Under the pieces are notes generated by a model that saw only the letters and a list, made by a program, of their open reading frames with translations, searched no databases and was not told where the DNA came from. From positions 1-32,710 of IMG/VR virus record IMGVR_UViG_2711768052_000004: a stretch of 32,710 nt of DNA; one strand, given 5' to 3'. Of this stretch, positions 17,896 through 26,923 are shown piece after piece; position 1 is the first letter of the stretch; the number at the start of each line of letters is the position of its first letter. The stretch comes from a virus. Lineage: Duplodnaviria; Heunggongvirae; Uroviricota; Caudoviricetes. Both the position numbers and the translations under genes were made by a program.

Positions 17896-18404
17896 CAGAT
17901 TTGACTCACGATGCAGCGCGGCTTGTCCTGGATGCGCGCCACTGCCCAGCGCATATCCCGCCACAGCTCATCAATGGTGCTGTCTATGCTGTCGGCCTTT
18001 TTGTCGCCTTTCGCACTGGCATCCACGCCGCGATAACGCTCATAAAGCGACGCGGTCGCCATCGCGCACACGGCGCGCTCGTAGTAAAAAACCTTGATGC
18101 TTTCACCGTCGATGTCGTCCGCCGGAACGTCCGCCAGACGCGTAAAACCGGCAGCAATTTTCTGTTCGCGGTACTCGTACAGCTCCGCATTCGTCTCCGC
18201 CATGCCTGACTTGATGGCCTCACGCAGACGGGCGGGGGCGACGGTCTGCTCAAGGCGCATACGTTCCCGGACGCGCTTCGGGTCGATATCGGGAAAAAAG
18301 AACGTGTTTTTAATCACCGGCTCGTCGCCTGCCGGTTGCGGGATGACCACCGTACCCTCACCGGACACGGGAGCCTCCTTTCGTGGAATAATCAGCGTCA
18401 TCAT
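17895..18404 (-). CDS. L: Head completion protein gpL (169 aa)
   Basis: ORF track gives 189 aa; the internal Met (MMTLIIPRKEAP, ATG at 18402-18404) gives 169 aa with AGAGG upstream. Confidence 0.85.
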   Translation of the reverse strand: MMTLIIPRKEAPVSGEGTVVIPQPAGDEPVIKNTFFFPDIDPKRVRERMRLEQTVAPARLREAIKSGMAETNAELYEYREQKIAAGFTRLADVPADDIDGESIKVFYYERAVCAMATASLYERYRGVDASAKGDKKADSIDSTIDELWRDMRWAVARIQDKPRCIVSQI

Positions 18405-18503
18405 GACTACCTCTGAAAAGTCGGGCGGTGGACGCCGGTGCAGTGTCAGGTGATTCACCCTCACTGACCGGCGTGCCGCCCTGGCGCGGGGCGCATTCGG
18501 TTG

Positions 18504-19247
18504 TTAACTGGCTTTCTTTTTCGGGCGTCCACGTTTTGCCGGTGTCACGCTCCGGGTCTTACGCGGGGCGCGGGTGGCCGCTTTGGGCTGCGGCTCCGGC
18601 TTCGGTTTCAGCTCCCGCTCCAGTCGTTCAATCTCTTTTTTGACGCCTGCCTGACAGTCGAGCTGTGTCGCACGTTGCAGGTGCGCCAGCGCACCGGCGG
18701 CATCACCAGCGTCACGCAGAAACAGACCGGTGATTTTGTGCAGCTTTGCGCGCACTTCATCAGGCATGTCAGCCGTGGCGGTCAGTTCAAGGGTCTCCGT
18801 CAGCAGGCGGGTATCCACGGATTCACCGGCAGCGTGAGCGCGCATGGCCGCAAGCGCCACCTCCTCGGTGAACATGTACGGCGGGGTGCGGCGGTGTTTA
18901 CCCGGCATGGTCAGACCGTACTTCAGGGCATAACGGGCAATCTCCAGCGCACCGGCAATATCGCCGGTATCCAGACGCCACAGCATGACCGTCATCAGAA
19001 TGTCATCCTGTGCACCTTTGCCCTGCTCCAGCACGCCGTTCACCCACGGCAACCAGAACGGCAGCAGTTCGCGTTTTTTCGCGGCCTTCAGCTCTTTTGA
19101 ATAAATTGCTTTCAGTGTGCGCTGGTCTGCGGCCAGCTTGACCAGCATCTGCTCATAGACAGTTGCATGTCGCAGCGGGGCGGCTTCCCGCTGCGCGGTC
19201 ATCGCTGCCGAGACCCGCATCATGTGGCGCTGTGCGGGACTCGTCAT
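18504..19247 (-). CDS. M: Terminase small (endonuclease) subunit gpM (247 aa)
   Basis: 247-aa ORF between N and L; basic C-terminal tail. Confidence 0.9.
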   Translation of the reverse strand: MTSPAQRHMMRVSAAMTAQREAAPLRHATVYEQMLVKLAADQRTLKAIYSKELKAAKKRELLPFWLPWVNGVLEQGKGAQDDILMTVMLWRLDTGDIAGALEIARYALKYGLTMPGKHRRTPPYMFTEEVALAAMRAHAAGESVDTRLLTETLELTATADMPDEVRAKLHKITGLFLRDAGDAAGALAHLQRATQLDCQAGVKKEIERLERELKPKPEPQPKAATRAPRKTRSVTPAKRGRPKKKAS

Positions 19248-19250
19248 CGG

Positions 19251-20324
19251 TTACGCTCCCGGCTCTGCGGTCGCCTTAGCCGGTGTGGAGAAATCACCGA
19301 CCTTAATTTTTTCCACCAGACAACCGGCGGCGTAGTCTTCCACCACGTAATCAATGTTCATTGACTCGTAGTTCTCCACGCGGTCGAGTTTCGGGTTTTC
19401 CTCAATCACGCGGCGATGGCTGTCATCCATGTAGTAGATGGACAGGTTTTCCAGCTTCGTGATGAGCATCGCATCCGCCGGGAAGTACGGGACGCGTACC
19501 GCCGGCAGGTTACCGATGCGTTTCTGGCTGATGATGACGTCAGCGGCCAGCATCTCGCTGTTGTCCTGCTCCTTGTTAACGATGGGGAAATACTTGTCCG
19601 CCAGTAGCTGACGCCCCACAATCACCACAAGGTCAGGGTCTTCCTGATACCACGGCTCAATCAGGTTGTTGGTCGCATCCATCACCAGTGCATCGAGGCT
19701 GGCATAATCACCGCCCTTACCCACGCGGATGACCTCAGAGGTCGTGTGACCTTCCTCGTCAGTGACCTTGCTCATCACGCGCGCCGGGGCTTCATTGCGG
19801 TATTTCTGCAGCCAGCCGACCGCCACATCCTGCAGCATCGGATTACTGTTGCGGTCAGAGGTTTCGGCACGCTTCACGCCGTTAAAACCGGCCATGATGA
19901 AATCAAGGGACTGGCGTTTGATAATGGCGTTACGGATACGGAGCTGGAAATCCTGATAACGCGCCCACAGGTCAAGCGTTTTGTAGCGGATATAAAAATC
20001 GAAGTTAACCTGGTCGCATTCGTACTTGTTGGACGCCAGCTTCGAGAAGTCCTTCGGCTGACGCTCGGTGCCACCGGCAGTGTCGGTCGTGCTGGCAATG
20101 GGGCCGGTGACACCAATACCAATTTTTTCCCCTTTCATTTCGCTGACCGGCACAATATTGATGCGGGTCAGAAAGTCGGAAGACTCCTGCATGGTGTCCA
20201 TCAGGGTCTGGGTGACCGAAGGTTCAACGGTGAATTTTTTCGACACATCACCGGCGTCGATGCCGTTCAGTTCGGCAACACGGGACAGGTAGGCATTAAA
20301 TTTAAAGCGGGTTTCCTGGCGCAT
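19251..20324 (-). CDS. N: Major capsid protein gpN (357 aa)
   Basis: 357-aa ORF between O and M. Confidence 0.92.
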   Translation of the reverse strand: MRQETRFKFNAYLSRVAELNGIDAGDVSKKFTVEPSVTQTLMDTMQESSDFLTRINIVPVSEMKGEKIGIGVTGPIASTTDTAGGTERQPKDFSKLASNKYECDQVNFDFYIRYKTLDLWARYQDFQLRIRNAIIKRQSLDFIMAGFNGVKRAETSDRNSNPMLQDVAVGWLQKYRNEAPARVMSKVTDEEGHTTSEVIRVGKGGDYASLDALVMDATNNLIEPWYQEDPDLVVIVGRQLLADKYFPIVNKEQDNSEMLAADVIISQKRIGNLPAVRVPYFPADAMLITKLENLSIYYMDDSHRRVIEENPKLDRVENYESMNIDYVVEDYAAGCLVEKIKVGDFSTPAKATAEPGA

Positions 20325-20382
20325 ATTTTTTCCTGAAATTAAGGGTTAATCGTGAAGGTTTGCCCGGACTGGCTGACGCCGG

Positions 20383-21237
20383 TCAGCAGTTCGTCATCAG
20401 GGCGTCACCACCACCGCCGGTGGCTTTGCTGCGGCGCTGCTGGGTCAGACTTTCGGTGTGGTCGAGACTGTTTTTCAGGCGGGTGAATGCCTGGCTGGTT
20501 TCATCCGCCCTGTCAGTCACATCCTGCTTAAGTGCAGAAAAGGCGGTTTCCATCTCTGCGAGGCGCTGCTCAGTGGCGCTCAGTTTTTCCTGCACATGTT
20601 CAGCGACAGCGGTCACCGCTTCATGCACATCATTCAGACGGGCGTCATCGCTGGCCTGTTTGCGGCCAAAAATGGATTTCACCTTTTCGGTCAGGGCGGT
20701 GAACACGGTTTCAGGCAGGTCTTCAAATTCCAGCTCAACAGGCGTTGCCACTGAAATCAGGTTTTCAGGGCTTAATTTGAAGCGGTTCAGGGGGTTGTGT
20801 TTTGCCGTGCGGCAGAATTCCAGGTATTCCGTGCCGAGGCTTGCCGGGTCATCGGTGACGGCCAGCCCCACCAGATAACATTTGCCGGTGTTGGCAAAGT
20901 TCGGCTGAATTTCCATTGAGGTGTAGACCTTCTGCGCGGCCTTGTTCATCGCGATAAGGTCATCGGTCGGGGTGATTTTCGCAAACAGCGCCCATTTGCC
21001 TTTCAGCGCCGAATCATCGTCAATCTTTTCGGCCTTCAGTTCGGCCACATCGCCATAACGCTTAAAAATACCGTCAGGCAGGATGCCGCGCAGATGTTCC
21101 AGGTTAATGCGGCAACCATAGACTCGCGGGTCAAAGGTTTCGGCCATTTCCTGAATATCCTGCGCACTGATGACACGCCCGTCACAGGTGTCACCCTCAA
21201 CGCCGATACGAAAGAATTTTGAGACTTTTTTTGCCAT
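20383..21237 (-). CDS. O: Capsid scaffolding protein gpO (284 aa)
   Basis: ORF track gives 306 aa; the internal Met (MAKKVSKFFRIGVEGDTCDG, ATG at 21235-21237) gives 284 aa. Confidence 0.9.
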   Translation of the reverse strand: MAKKVSKFFRIGVEGDTCDGRVISAQDIQEMAETFDPRVYGCRINLEHLRGILPDGIFKRYGDVAELKAEKIDDDSALKGKWALFAKITPTDDLIAMNKAAQKVYTSMEIQPNFANTGKCYLVGLAVTDDPASLGTEYLEFCRTAKHNPLNRFKLSPENLISVATPVELEFEDLPETVFTALTEKVKSIFGRKQASDDARLNDVHEAVTAVAEHVQEKLSATEQRLAEMETAFSALKQDVTDRADETSQAFTRLKNSLDHTESLTQQRRSKATGGGGDALMTNC

Positions 21238-21410
21238 TGTCAGGAGTCCTGAATAGTGATTAGAGGAGTCACATGTCGGCATCAGTTTCCCGACGATGCG
21301 CATCCTCCGCCATCAGTCCCGGATGGCTTATCACTGACACAACAGCACCTTAGCGAATCGCGGGGCGCGACTCAGTAGCCTTGCCGTGTATTCATCACGG
21401 CGAGGTATTC
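21238..21410. promoter_or_regulatory. Divergent late promoter region (expected P_O and P_P, Ogr-activated)
   Basis: 173-bp spacer between divergent O and P; positional inference from P2; no binding site verified. Confidence 0.5.
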
Positions 21411-23183
21411 ATGACCATCACCACAGACACCACTCTTTTACACGACCCGCGTCGTCAGGCGGCGCTGCTGTACTGGCAGGGGTTTTCCGTGCCGCAGATT
21501 GCCGCCATGTTGCAGATGAAACGCCCGACGGTGCAGAGCTGGAAACAGCGCGACGGCTGGGACAGCGTTGCCCCCATCAGCCGTGTCGAAATGAGTCTGG
21601 AAGCGCGACTGACCCAGCTCATCATCAAACCGCAGAAAACCGGCGGTGATTTCAAGGAAATTGACCTGCTGGGACGCCAGATTGAACGACTGGCACGGGT
21701 AAACCGCTACAGCCAGACCGGCAACGAGGCAGACCTTAATCCGAACGTCGCTAACCGCAACAAAGGCGGGCGGCGCAAACCGAAAAAGAATTTTTTCAGT
21801 GACGAGGCCATCGAAAAGCTGGAGCAGATTTTCTTTGAGCAGTCTTTCGAATATCAGTTGTACTGGTATCGCGCCGGGCTTGAGCACCGCATCCGCGATA
21901 TCCTGAAATCCCGCCAGATTGGCGCAACGTTTTATTTTTCCCGCGAGGCGCTGCTGCGCGCCCTGAAAACCGGCCATAACCAGATTTTTCTGTCGGCCAG
22001 TAAAACGCAGGCGTATGTGTTCCGTGAATACATCATCGCCTTTGCCCGTCTGGTTGACGTTGACCTGACCGGTGACCCGATTGTCCTGGGCAATAACGGC
22101 GCAAAACTGATTTTTCTCGGCACAAACTCCAACACTGCGCAGAGCCATAACGGCGACCTGTACGTCGACGAGATTTTCTGGATCCCGAATTTTCAGGTGC
22201 TGCGTAAGGTGGCATCAGGTATGGCCTCACAGAGTCACCTGCGCTCGACCTATTTCTCCACCCCGTCCACGCTGGCGCACGACGCCTACCCGTTCTGGTC
22301 GGGTGAACTGTTCAACCGGGGACGCGCCAGCGCCGCCGAACGCGTGGAAATCGACGTCAGTCATAACGCCCTTGCCGGTGGGCTTCTCTGTGCAGACGGC
22401 CAGTGGCGGCAGATTGTCACCATTGAGGACGCCCTGAAAGGTGGCTGCACGCTGTTCGACATTGAACAGCTCAAACGCGAAAACAGCGCCGACGATTTTA
22501 AAAACCTGTTCATGTGTGAATTTGTTGACGACAAGGCGTCGGTGTTCCCGTTCGAGGAGTTGCAACGCTGCATGGTCGACACGCTGGAAGAATGGGAAGA
22601 CTATGCACCCTTTGCCGCCAATCCGTTCGGTTCCCGCCCGGTATGGATTGGTTACGACCCGTCACACCGTGGCGACAGCGCCGGATGCGTGGTGCTGGCA
22701 CCGCCGGTGGTGGCCGGTGGCAAATTCAGAATACTTGAGCGTCACCAGTGGAAAGGCATGGACTTTGCCACTCAGGCTGAATCCATCCGCAAACTCACCG
22801 AAAAATATAACGTCGAATACATCGGTATTGATGCCACCGGCCTCGGTGTCGGCGTGTTCCAGCTCGTGCGCTCGTTCTATCCCGCCGCGCGCGATATCCG
22901 CTACACGCCGGAAATGAAAACCGCAATGGTGCTCAAGGCAAAAGACGTTATCCGCCGTGGCTGTCTGGAATATGACGTCAGCGCCACCGACATCACCAGC
23001 TCGTTTATGGCTATCCGCAAGACCATGACCAGCAGCGGACGCAGTGCCACCTATGAGGCCAGCCGCAGCGAGGAAGCCAGCCACGCCGACCTCGCCTGGG
23101 CGACCATGCACGCCCTGTTAAATGAGCCACTCACCGCCGGTATCAGCACTCCGCTGACATCCACCATTCTGGAGTTTTACTGA
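21411..23183 (+). CDS. P: Terminase large (ATPase) subunit gpP (590 aa)
   Basis: ORF track gives 600 aa from 21381; ATG at 21411 (MTITTDTTLL) has GAGG upstream and gives 590 aa. Confidence 0.9.
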   Translation: MTITTDTTLLHDPRRQAALLYWQGFSVPQIAAMLQMKRPTVQSWKQRDGWDSVAPISRVEMSLEARLTQLIIKPQKTGGDFKEIDLLGRQIERLARVNRYSQTGNEADLNPNVANRNKGGRRKPKKNFFSDEAIEKLEQIFFEQSFEYQLYWYRAGLEHRIRDILKSRQIGATFYFSREALLRALKTGHNQIFLSASKTQAYVFREYIIAFARLVDVDLTGDPIVLGNNGAKLIFLGTNSNTAQSHNGDLYVDEIFWIPNFQVLRKVASGMASQSHLRSTYFSTPSTLAHDAYPFWSGELFNRGRASAAERVEIDVSHNALAGGLLCADGQWRQIVTIEDALKGGCTLFDIEQLKRENSADDFKNLFMCEFVDDKASVFPFEELQRCMVDTLEEWEDYAPFAANPFGSRPVWIGYDPSHRGDSAGCVVLAPPVVAGGKFRILERHQWKGMDFATQAESIRKLTEKYNVEYIGIDATGLGVGVFQLVRSFYPAARDIRYTPEMKTAMVLKAKDVIRRGCLEYDVSATDITSSFMAIRKTMTSSGRSATYEASRSEEASHADLAWATMHALLNEPLTAGISTPLTSTILEFY

Positions 23184-24217
23184 TGAGCAAGAAAAAAGGG
23201 AAAACACCGCAACCTGCGGCAAAAAAAATGACCGCCAGCGCCCCGAAAATGGAGGCATTCACCTTTGGTGAGCCGGTGCCGGTACTCGACCGCCGTGACA
23301 TTCTGGATTACGTCGAGTGCATCAGTAACGGCAGATGGTATGAGCCACCGGTCAGCTTTACCGGTCTGGCAAAAAGCCTGCGTGCTGCCGTGCATCACAG
23401 CTCACCGATTTACGTCAAACGCAATATTCTGGCCTCGACATTTATCCCGCATCCGTGGCTTTCCCAGCAGGATTTCAGCCGCTTTGTGCTGGATTTTCTG
23501 GTGTTCGGTAATGCGTTTCTGGAAAAGCGTTACAGCACCACCGGTAAGGTCATCAGACTGGAAACCTCACCGGCAAAATATACCCGCCGTGGCGTGGAGG
23601 AGGATGTTTACTGGTGGGTGCCGTCCTTCAACGAGCCGACAGCCTTCACGCCCGGCTCCGTGTTTCACCTGCTGGAGCCCGATATTAATCAGGAGCTGTA
23701 CGGCCTGCCGGAATATCTCAGCGCCCTTAACTCTGCCTGGCTGAATGAGTCGGCCACGCTGTTCCGCCGCAAGTATTACGAAAACGGCGCACATGCCGGA
23801 TACATCATGTACGTCACCGATGCCGTGCAGGATCGCAACGATATCGAAATGCTTCGCGAAAACATGGTGAAGTCGAAAGGCCGCAACAACTTTAAAAACC
23901 TGTTTCTCTATGCCCCGCAGGGGAAAGCCGACGGCATTAAAATTATCCCGCTCAGTGAAGTGGCGACGAAGGACGATTTTTTTAATATCAAAAAAGCCAG
24001 CGCCGCTGACCTGCTGGATGCGCACCGCATCCCCTTTCAGTTGATGGGCGGCAAGCCGGAGAACGTCGGGTCGCTGGGTGATATTGAGAAAGTGGCAAAG
24101 GTCTTTGTCCGCAATGAGCTTATCCCGCTACAGGACAGGATCCGCGAGATAAACGGCTGGCTCGGTCAGGAGGTCATCCGCTTTAAAAACTACTCACTGG
24201 ACACTGACAACGGCTGA
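23183..24217 (+). CDS. Q: Portal protein gpQ (344 aa)
   Basis: 344-aa ORF whose start overlaps the P stop. Confidence 0.92.
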   Translation: MSKKKGKTPQPAAKKMTASAPKMEAFTFGEPVPVLDRRDILDYVECISNGRWYEPPVSFTGLAKSLRAAVHHSSPIYVKRNILASTFIPHPWLSQQDFSRFVLDFLVFGNAFLEKRYSTTGKVIRLETSPAKYTRRGVEEDVYWWVPSFNEPTAFTPGSVFHLLEPDINQELYGLPEYLSALNSAWLNESATLFRRKYYENGAHAGYIMYVTDAVQDRNDIEMLRENMVKSKGRNNFKNLFLYAPQGKADGIKIIPLSEVATKDDFFNIKKASAADLLDAHRIPFQLMGGKPENVGSLGDIEKVAKVFVRNELIPLQDRIREINGWLGQEVIRFKNYSLDTDNG

Positions 24218-24222
24218 ACATC

Positions 24223-24244
24223 GCCGCCTGCGGGCGGCTTTTTT
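24223..24244 (+). terminator. Rho-independent terminator of the P-Q operon
   Basis: GCCGCC-TGCG-GGCGGC followed by TTTTTT, starting 6 nt after the Q stop. Confidence 0.75.
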
Positions 24245-24409
24245 ACACCCCGTCATCACGGCCTCACACGCTCACCACCGCACAAAACACCCCGCAGACA
24301 CACCAACGCCCCGGCAGGCCGACTAAATGCCATCACGACGCGCTCAGACGCAAAAAAACTGTCACTACCACGCCGTTACGTTGGCCACATAAAATGTGGC
24401 CAACTCCAG

Positions 24410-25411
24410 TTATAATAATTTGTCCAGCCTAGCTGAAACAATACCTAGAACAACTGTTGAAACTATATTTACCACCACTCTTAAAATACTCTTCTTTCGC
24501 TTCTTACTATATTCATCATACAACCTCTCATCACCCTTATTTAATACAATGTACGATGCTGGAGTATAACCATCAATTAATCTCTCTAGGCCTTCACCTA
24601 AATGCTCCGCTAACAATGGGATAATAGAAAACGCACCAAGAAAGAGCATTAAAAATTTTACTAACCTTTCTTTATCACCAATATCAATATATTCACCAAC
24701 ATTGTACAGTGCATAACTTAAAATCAATATAGAAAAAGAAAACCGCATAATCAGTGGAATTAAATACGATATCCTTTGAGCTTGCTGTATCAATGGTATT
24801 TTGTTTGTAACTCTTTGACATCCTTCAACCCATTCTTTAAATGCTTCGATAAAACCTCTAGCCACTACATAATCAGCATATTCAACAACTATTTCTGCTG
24901 AACTGGTGAGCATGAATGCAACAAAACGCCCCCTAATGAAAGGTGGTGCATCTTCTTCCATTTCTTTCTGCATAGCAATTCTTGATGCTAATTTAACAGT
25001 AACTTCATAGTGGTTAGGTAATGATGCCCCTGTCGATAAAATTGCAAAGTTATATTTTAAAATTACACTAATTGTTGGACTACTTCCCGCACTACTCGAC
25101 ATTGCAAACTTATCAAAAGAGGTAAACTGTTCCTTTCTATCTTTTGAATGTAAAATAGTTACCGTTTCATTTTTCGATATAATATTATGAACATCACACA
25201 ATTGATTTATTTTTTGATGAACGCTTCTTATCTCATCGATATTTATAAGTAAATTCTCAGAGGTTCTCTGCCTTATTGTTTCTGTTGTTCCCGTTATATG
25301 TTGATAAATTTGCTGATAAATACGAATGCTAGTATTAATATCCCGAGAAGCAGGTAACCCACTATTAACCCCATTATTTTTTTCATTTGACTCATCAATT
25401 ATAATACTCAT
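24410..25411 (-). CDS. Cargo protein (333 aa): soluble N-terminal domain plus three C-terminal TM helices; function unknown; candidate defence effector
   Basis: AT-rich ORF between the cos-like site and Q; AGGA 5 nt upstream of ATG at 25409-25411; hydrophobic ISYLIPLIMRFSFSILILSYALY, LVKFLMLFLGAFSIIPLLAEHL, ILRVVVNIVSTVVLGIVSA. Confidence 0.8.
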   Translation of the reverse strand: MSIIIDESNEKNNGVNSGLPASRDINTSIRIYQQIYQHITGTTETIRQRTSENLLINIDEIRSVHQKINQLCDVHNIISKNETVTILHSKDRKEQFTSFDKFAMSSSAGSSPTISVILKYNFAILSTGASLPNHYEVTVKLASRIAMQKEMEEDAPPFIRGRFVAFMLTSSAEIVVEYADYVVARGFIEAFKEWVEGCQRVTNKIPLIQQAQRISYLIPLIMRFSFSILILSYALYNVGEYIDIGDKERLVKFLMLFLGAFSIIPLLAEHLGEGLERLIDGYTPASYIVLNKGDERLYDEYSKKRKKSILRVVVNIVSTVVLGIVSARLDKLL

Positions 25412-25657
25412 TTTATTTCCTATAAAAACTTAACCAGCAAATTAAACAAAAAGAACACAAGGTTATTATTTAGCGTGCAACAACACGATTGCACAACCAA
25501 ATGCCACGTGTACGAATCTAACCATTCTCTTATATTAAATCAAGTCAATACAACCTAATAGACACATTTTTTATCGCAGTTATACACTTGGTTAACAATA
25601 TGCGGATAGTTACTCAAATCAAATTACATATATGACAAAATGAACAATTGCGCGCAG

Positions 25658-25676
25658 TGCTATCCCCGCCTCGCCT
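25658..25676. other. cos-like site (19-nt cohesive-end sequence)
   Basis: GTGCTATCCCCGCCTCGCC is the reverse complement of GGCGAGGCGGGGATAGCAC, an 18/19 match to the P2 cohesive end as I remember it (GGCGAGGCGGGGAAAGCAC). Confidence 0.65.
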
Positions 25677-25890
25677 GCCCGCTTTATGGGTCGGTTTTAA
25701 TGCAGGTGCACGAATACACCGGAGGCGCGCCGGCACTGGTGGCGCTCAGACGCAACAGGGGAGGAAAACGCATGCAATTGAATGCATTTCTAGGCACACC
25801 TAAAAATGAAAAAATGTTATGACAATTAATCATTTTAAACACACTGATTAAGGGTAGAATTCTCCTAGTAAAATCATAGAAAAACCGCTA

Positions 25891-26820
25891 TCAAACCAGG
25901 CTTTTGCCTTGCTTCATTTTTTTAGATGAGTCTAAAAATTTGAAATTATCATTAGATGAAAATATTCTTTCTGCGGTATGCCGAATGACTGAAGTATTGA
26001 AGACCGCAGCCTGCTCCTCATTACAACTGAATACACCCTCATGACCATCAAACTCGCCCGCCAAAAGAAGGTTTTTTGATACTGGGAACAAAACTAAAGT
26101 GTCTTTTACACCAAACCCGGGGGAATAAGGGCCTCGTGCTAATTCAGGATTAGTCCACATTAAGCAAACTGGGTTATCTGAAGTTATAAATGACCCTTGC
26201 CCATCAGATATGGTCATAAGTGACCAGTTGCGTTGATGCAACAACTTGGTGATAACAGGTACACATTTCATTTCCATATCTATCATGAACTCTCTGATTA
26301 CATTGATTTCGAAATTATCCCCATCCACAAAATTTTTAATTTTTTCGTAAGCGAGATCATATGGCAAAGACTCACCCATTTCTTTCTCATAAGCTAATTT
26401 ACAATCGTCCCAACGCTCAGCCGAACTAACTGAGGATTTCATGATAAACTTTGCTATTTGTTTCAATGGAGATGATAAATGTTCTCGCTGAGCAGGCGTA
26501 CGTATTGCCAATAAGGAAATAAACTCCAGAATAACATCTTTGGTTTCGCCTGAAAACTCGCCCCCCTCCTCAAGTTTTCTTAAATGAGTAGCGACACTGC
26601 CTTCAAACTCTGCAAGAGAACTCTCGAGATAGTTTGGGTCAACTCCATCCAATTCTAATCGGTTGAAATCTCTAACCCCCCCGACATTGCGAGTATTACT
26701 CTCAAAAGTTTTGCGCTCCTTTAAATCTATTACAGTTAATTTTGATTTTTTCCCCCCATTACTTGTAAACCCTTTCAAATAACATTGGGATAAAAAATGA
26801 TGATGCCTTGCAACACTCAT
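25891..26820 (-). CDS. Cargo protein (309 aa from ATG 26820) with DUF4238-like N-terminal motif; candidate single-gene defence protein
   Basis: AT-rich ORF between A and the cos-like site (the P2 tin/old slot); N-terminus MSVARHHHFLSQCYLKGFT fits the H-x3-Q-x-YL-x2-F signature I associate with DUF4238; GGAG 6 nt upstream of the chosen ATG. Confidence 0.75.
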   Translation of the reverse strand: MSVARHHHFLSQCYLKGFTSNGGKKSKLTVIDLKERKTFESNTRNVGGVRDFNRLELDGVDPNYLESSLAEFEGSVATHLRKLEEGGEFSGETKDVILEFISLLAIRTPAQREHLSSPLKQIAKFIMKSSVSSAERWDDCKLAYEKEMGESLPYDLAYEKIKNFVDGDNFEINVIREFMIDMEMKCVPVITKLLHQRNWSLMTISDGQGSFITSDNPVCLMWTNPELARGPYSPGFGVKDTLVLFPVSKNLLLAGEFDGHEGVFSCNEEQAAVFNTSVIRHTAERIFSSNDNFKFLDSSKKMKQGKSLV

Positions 26821-26923
26821 ACTCAGCTCCGTTATGGCTATAATCGCATAAATAATAAGCACTTATATTGCAATCATCTAGTTAAATACACAATATTTAT
26901 GACTCCGAAATTTCATTAAATCA

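Noticed and set aside
18501-20336. Plus-strand ORFs of 199 and 196 aa antisense to M and N
   Set aside because: Antisense to the terminase small subunit and major capsid genes; Arg/Gly-rich shadow translations.
21438-22148. 236-aa minus-strand ORF antisense to terminase gene P
   Set aside because: Fully embedded antisense to a conserved core gene, with no RBS or family resemblance; shadow ORF.
25640-25822. 60-aa plus-strand ORF spanning the cos-like site
   Set aside because: It overlaps the cohesive-end sequence and GC-rich cos flank, has no RBS and an implausible Cys/Gly/Arg-rich translation.
26808-26844. Plus-strand TTGCAA and TATAAT hexamers near the DUF4238-like gene start
   Set aside because: Spacing between them is about 25 bp, too long for a sigma-70 promoter, and there is no plus-strand gene downstream; likely chance in AT-rich DNA.
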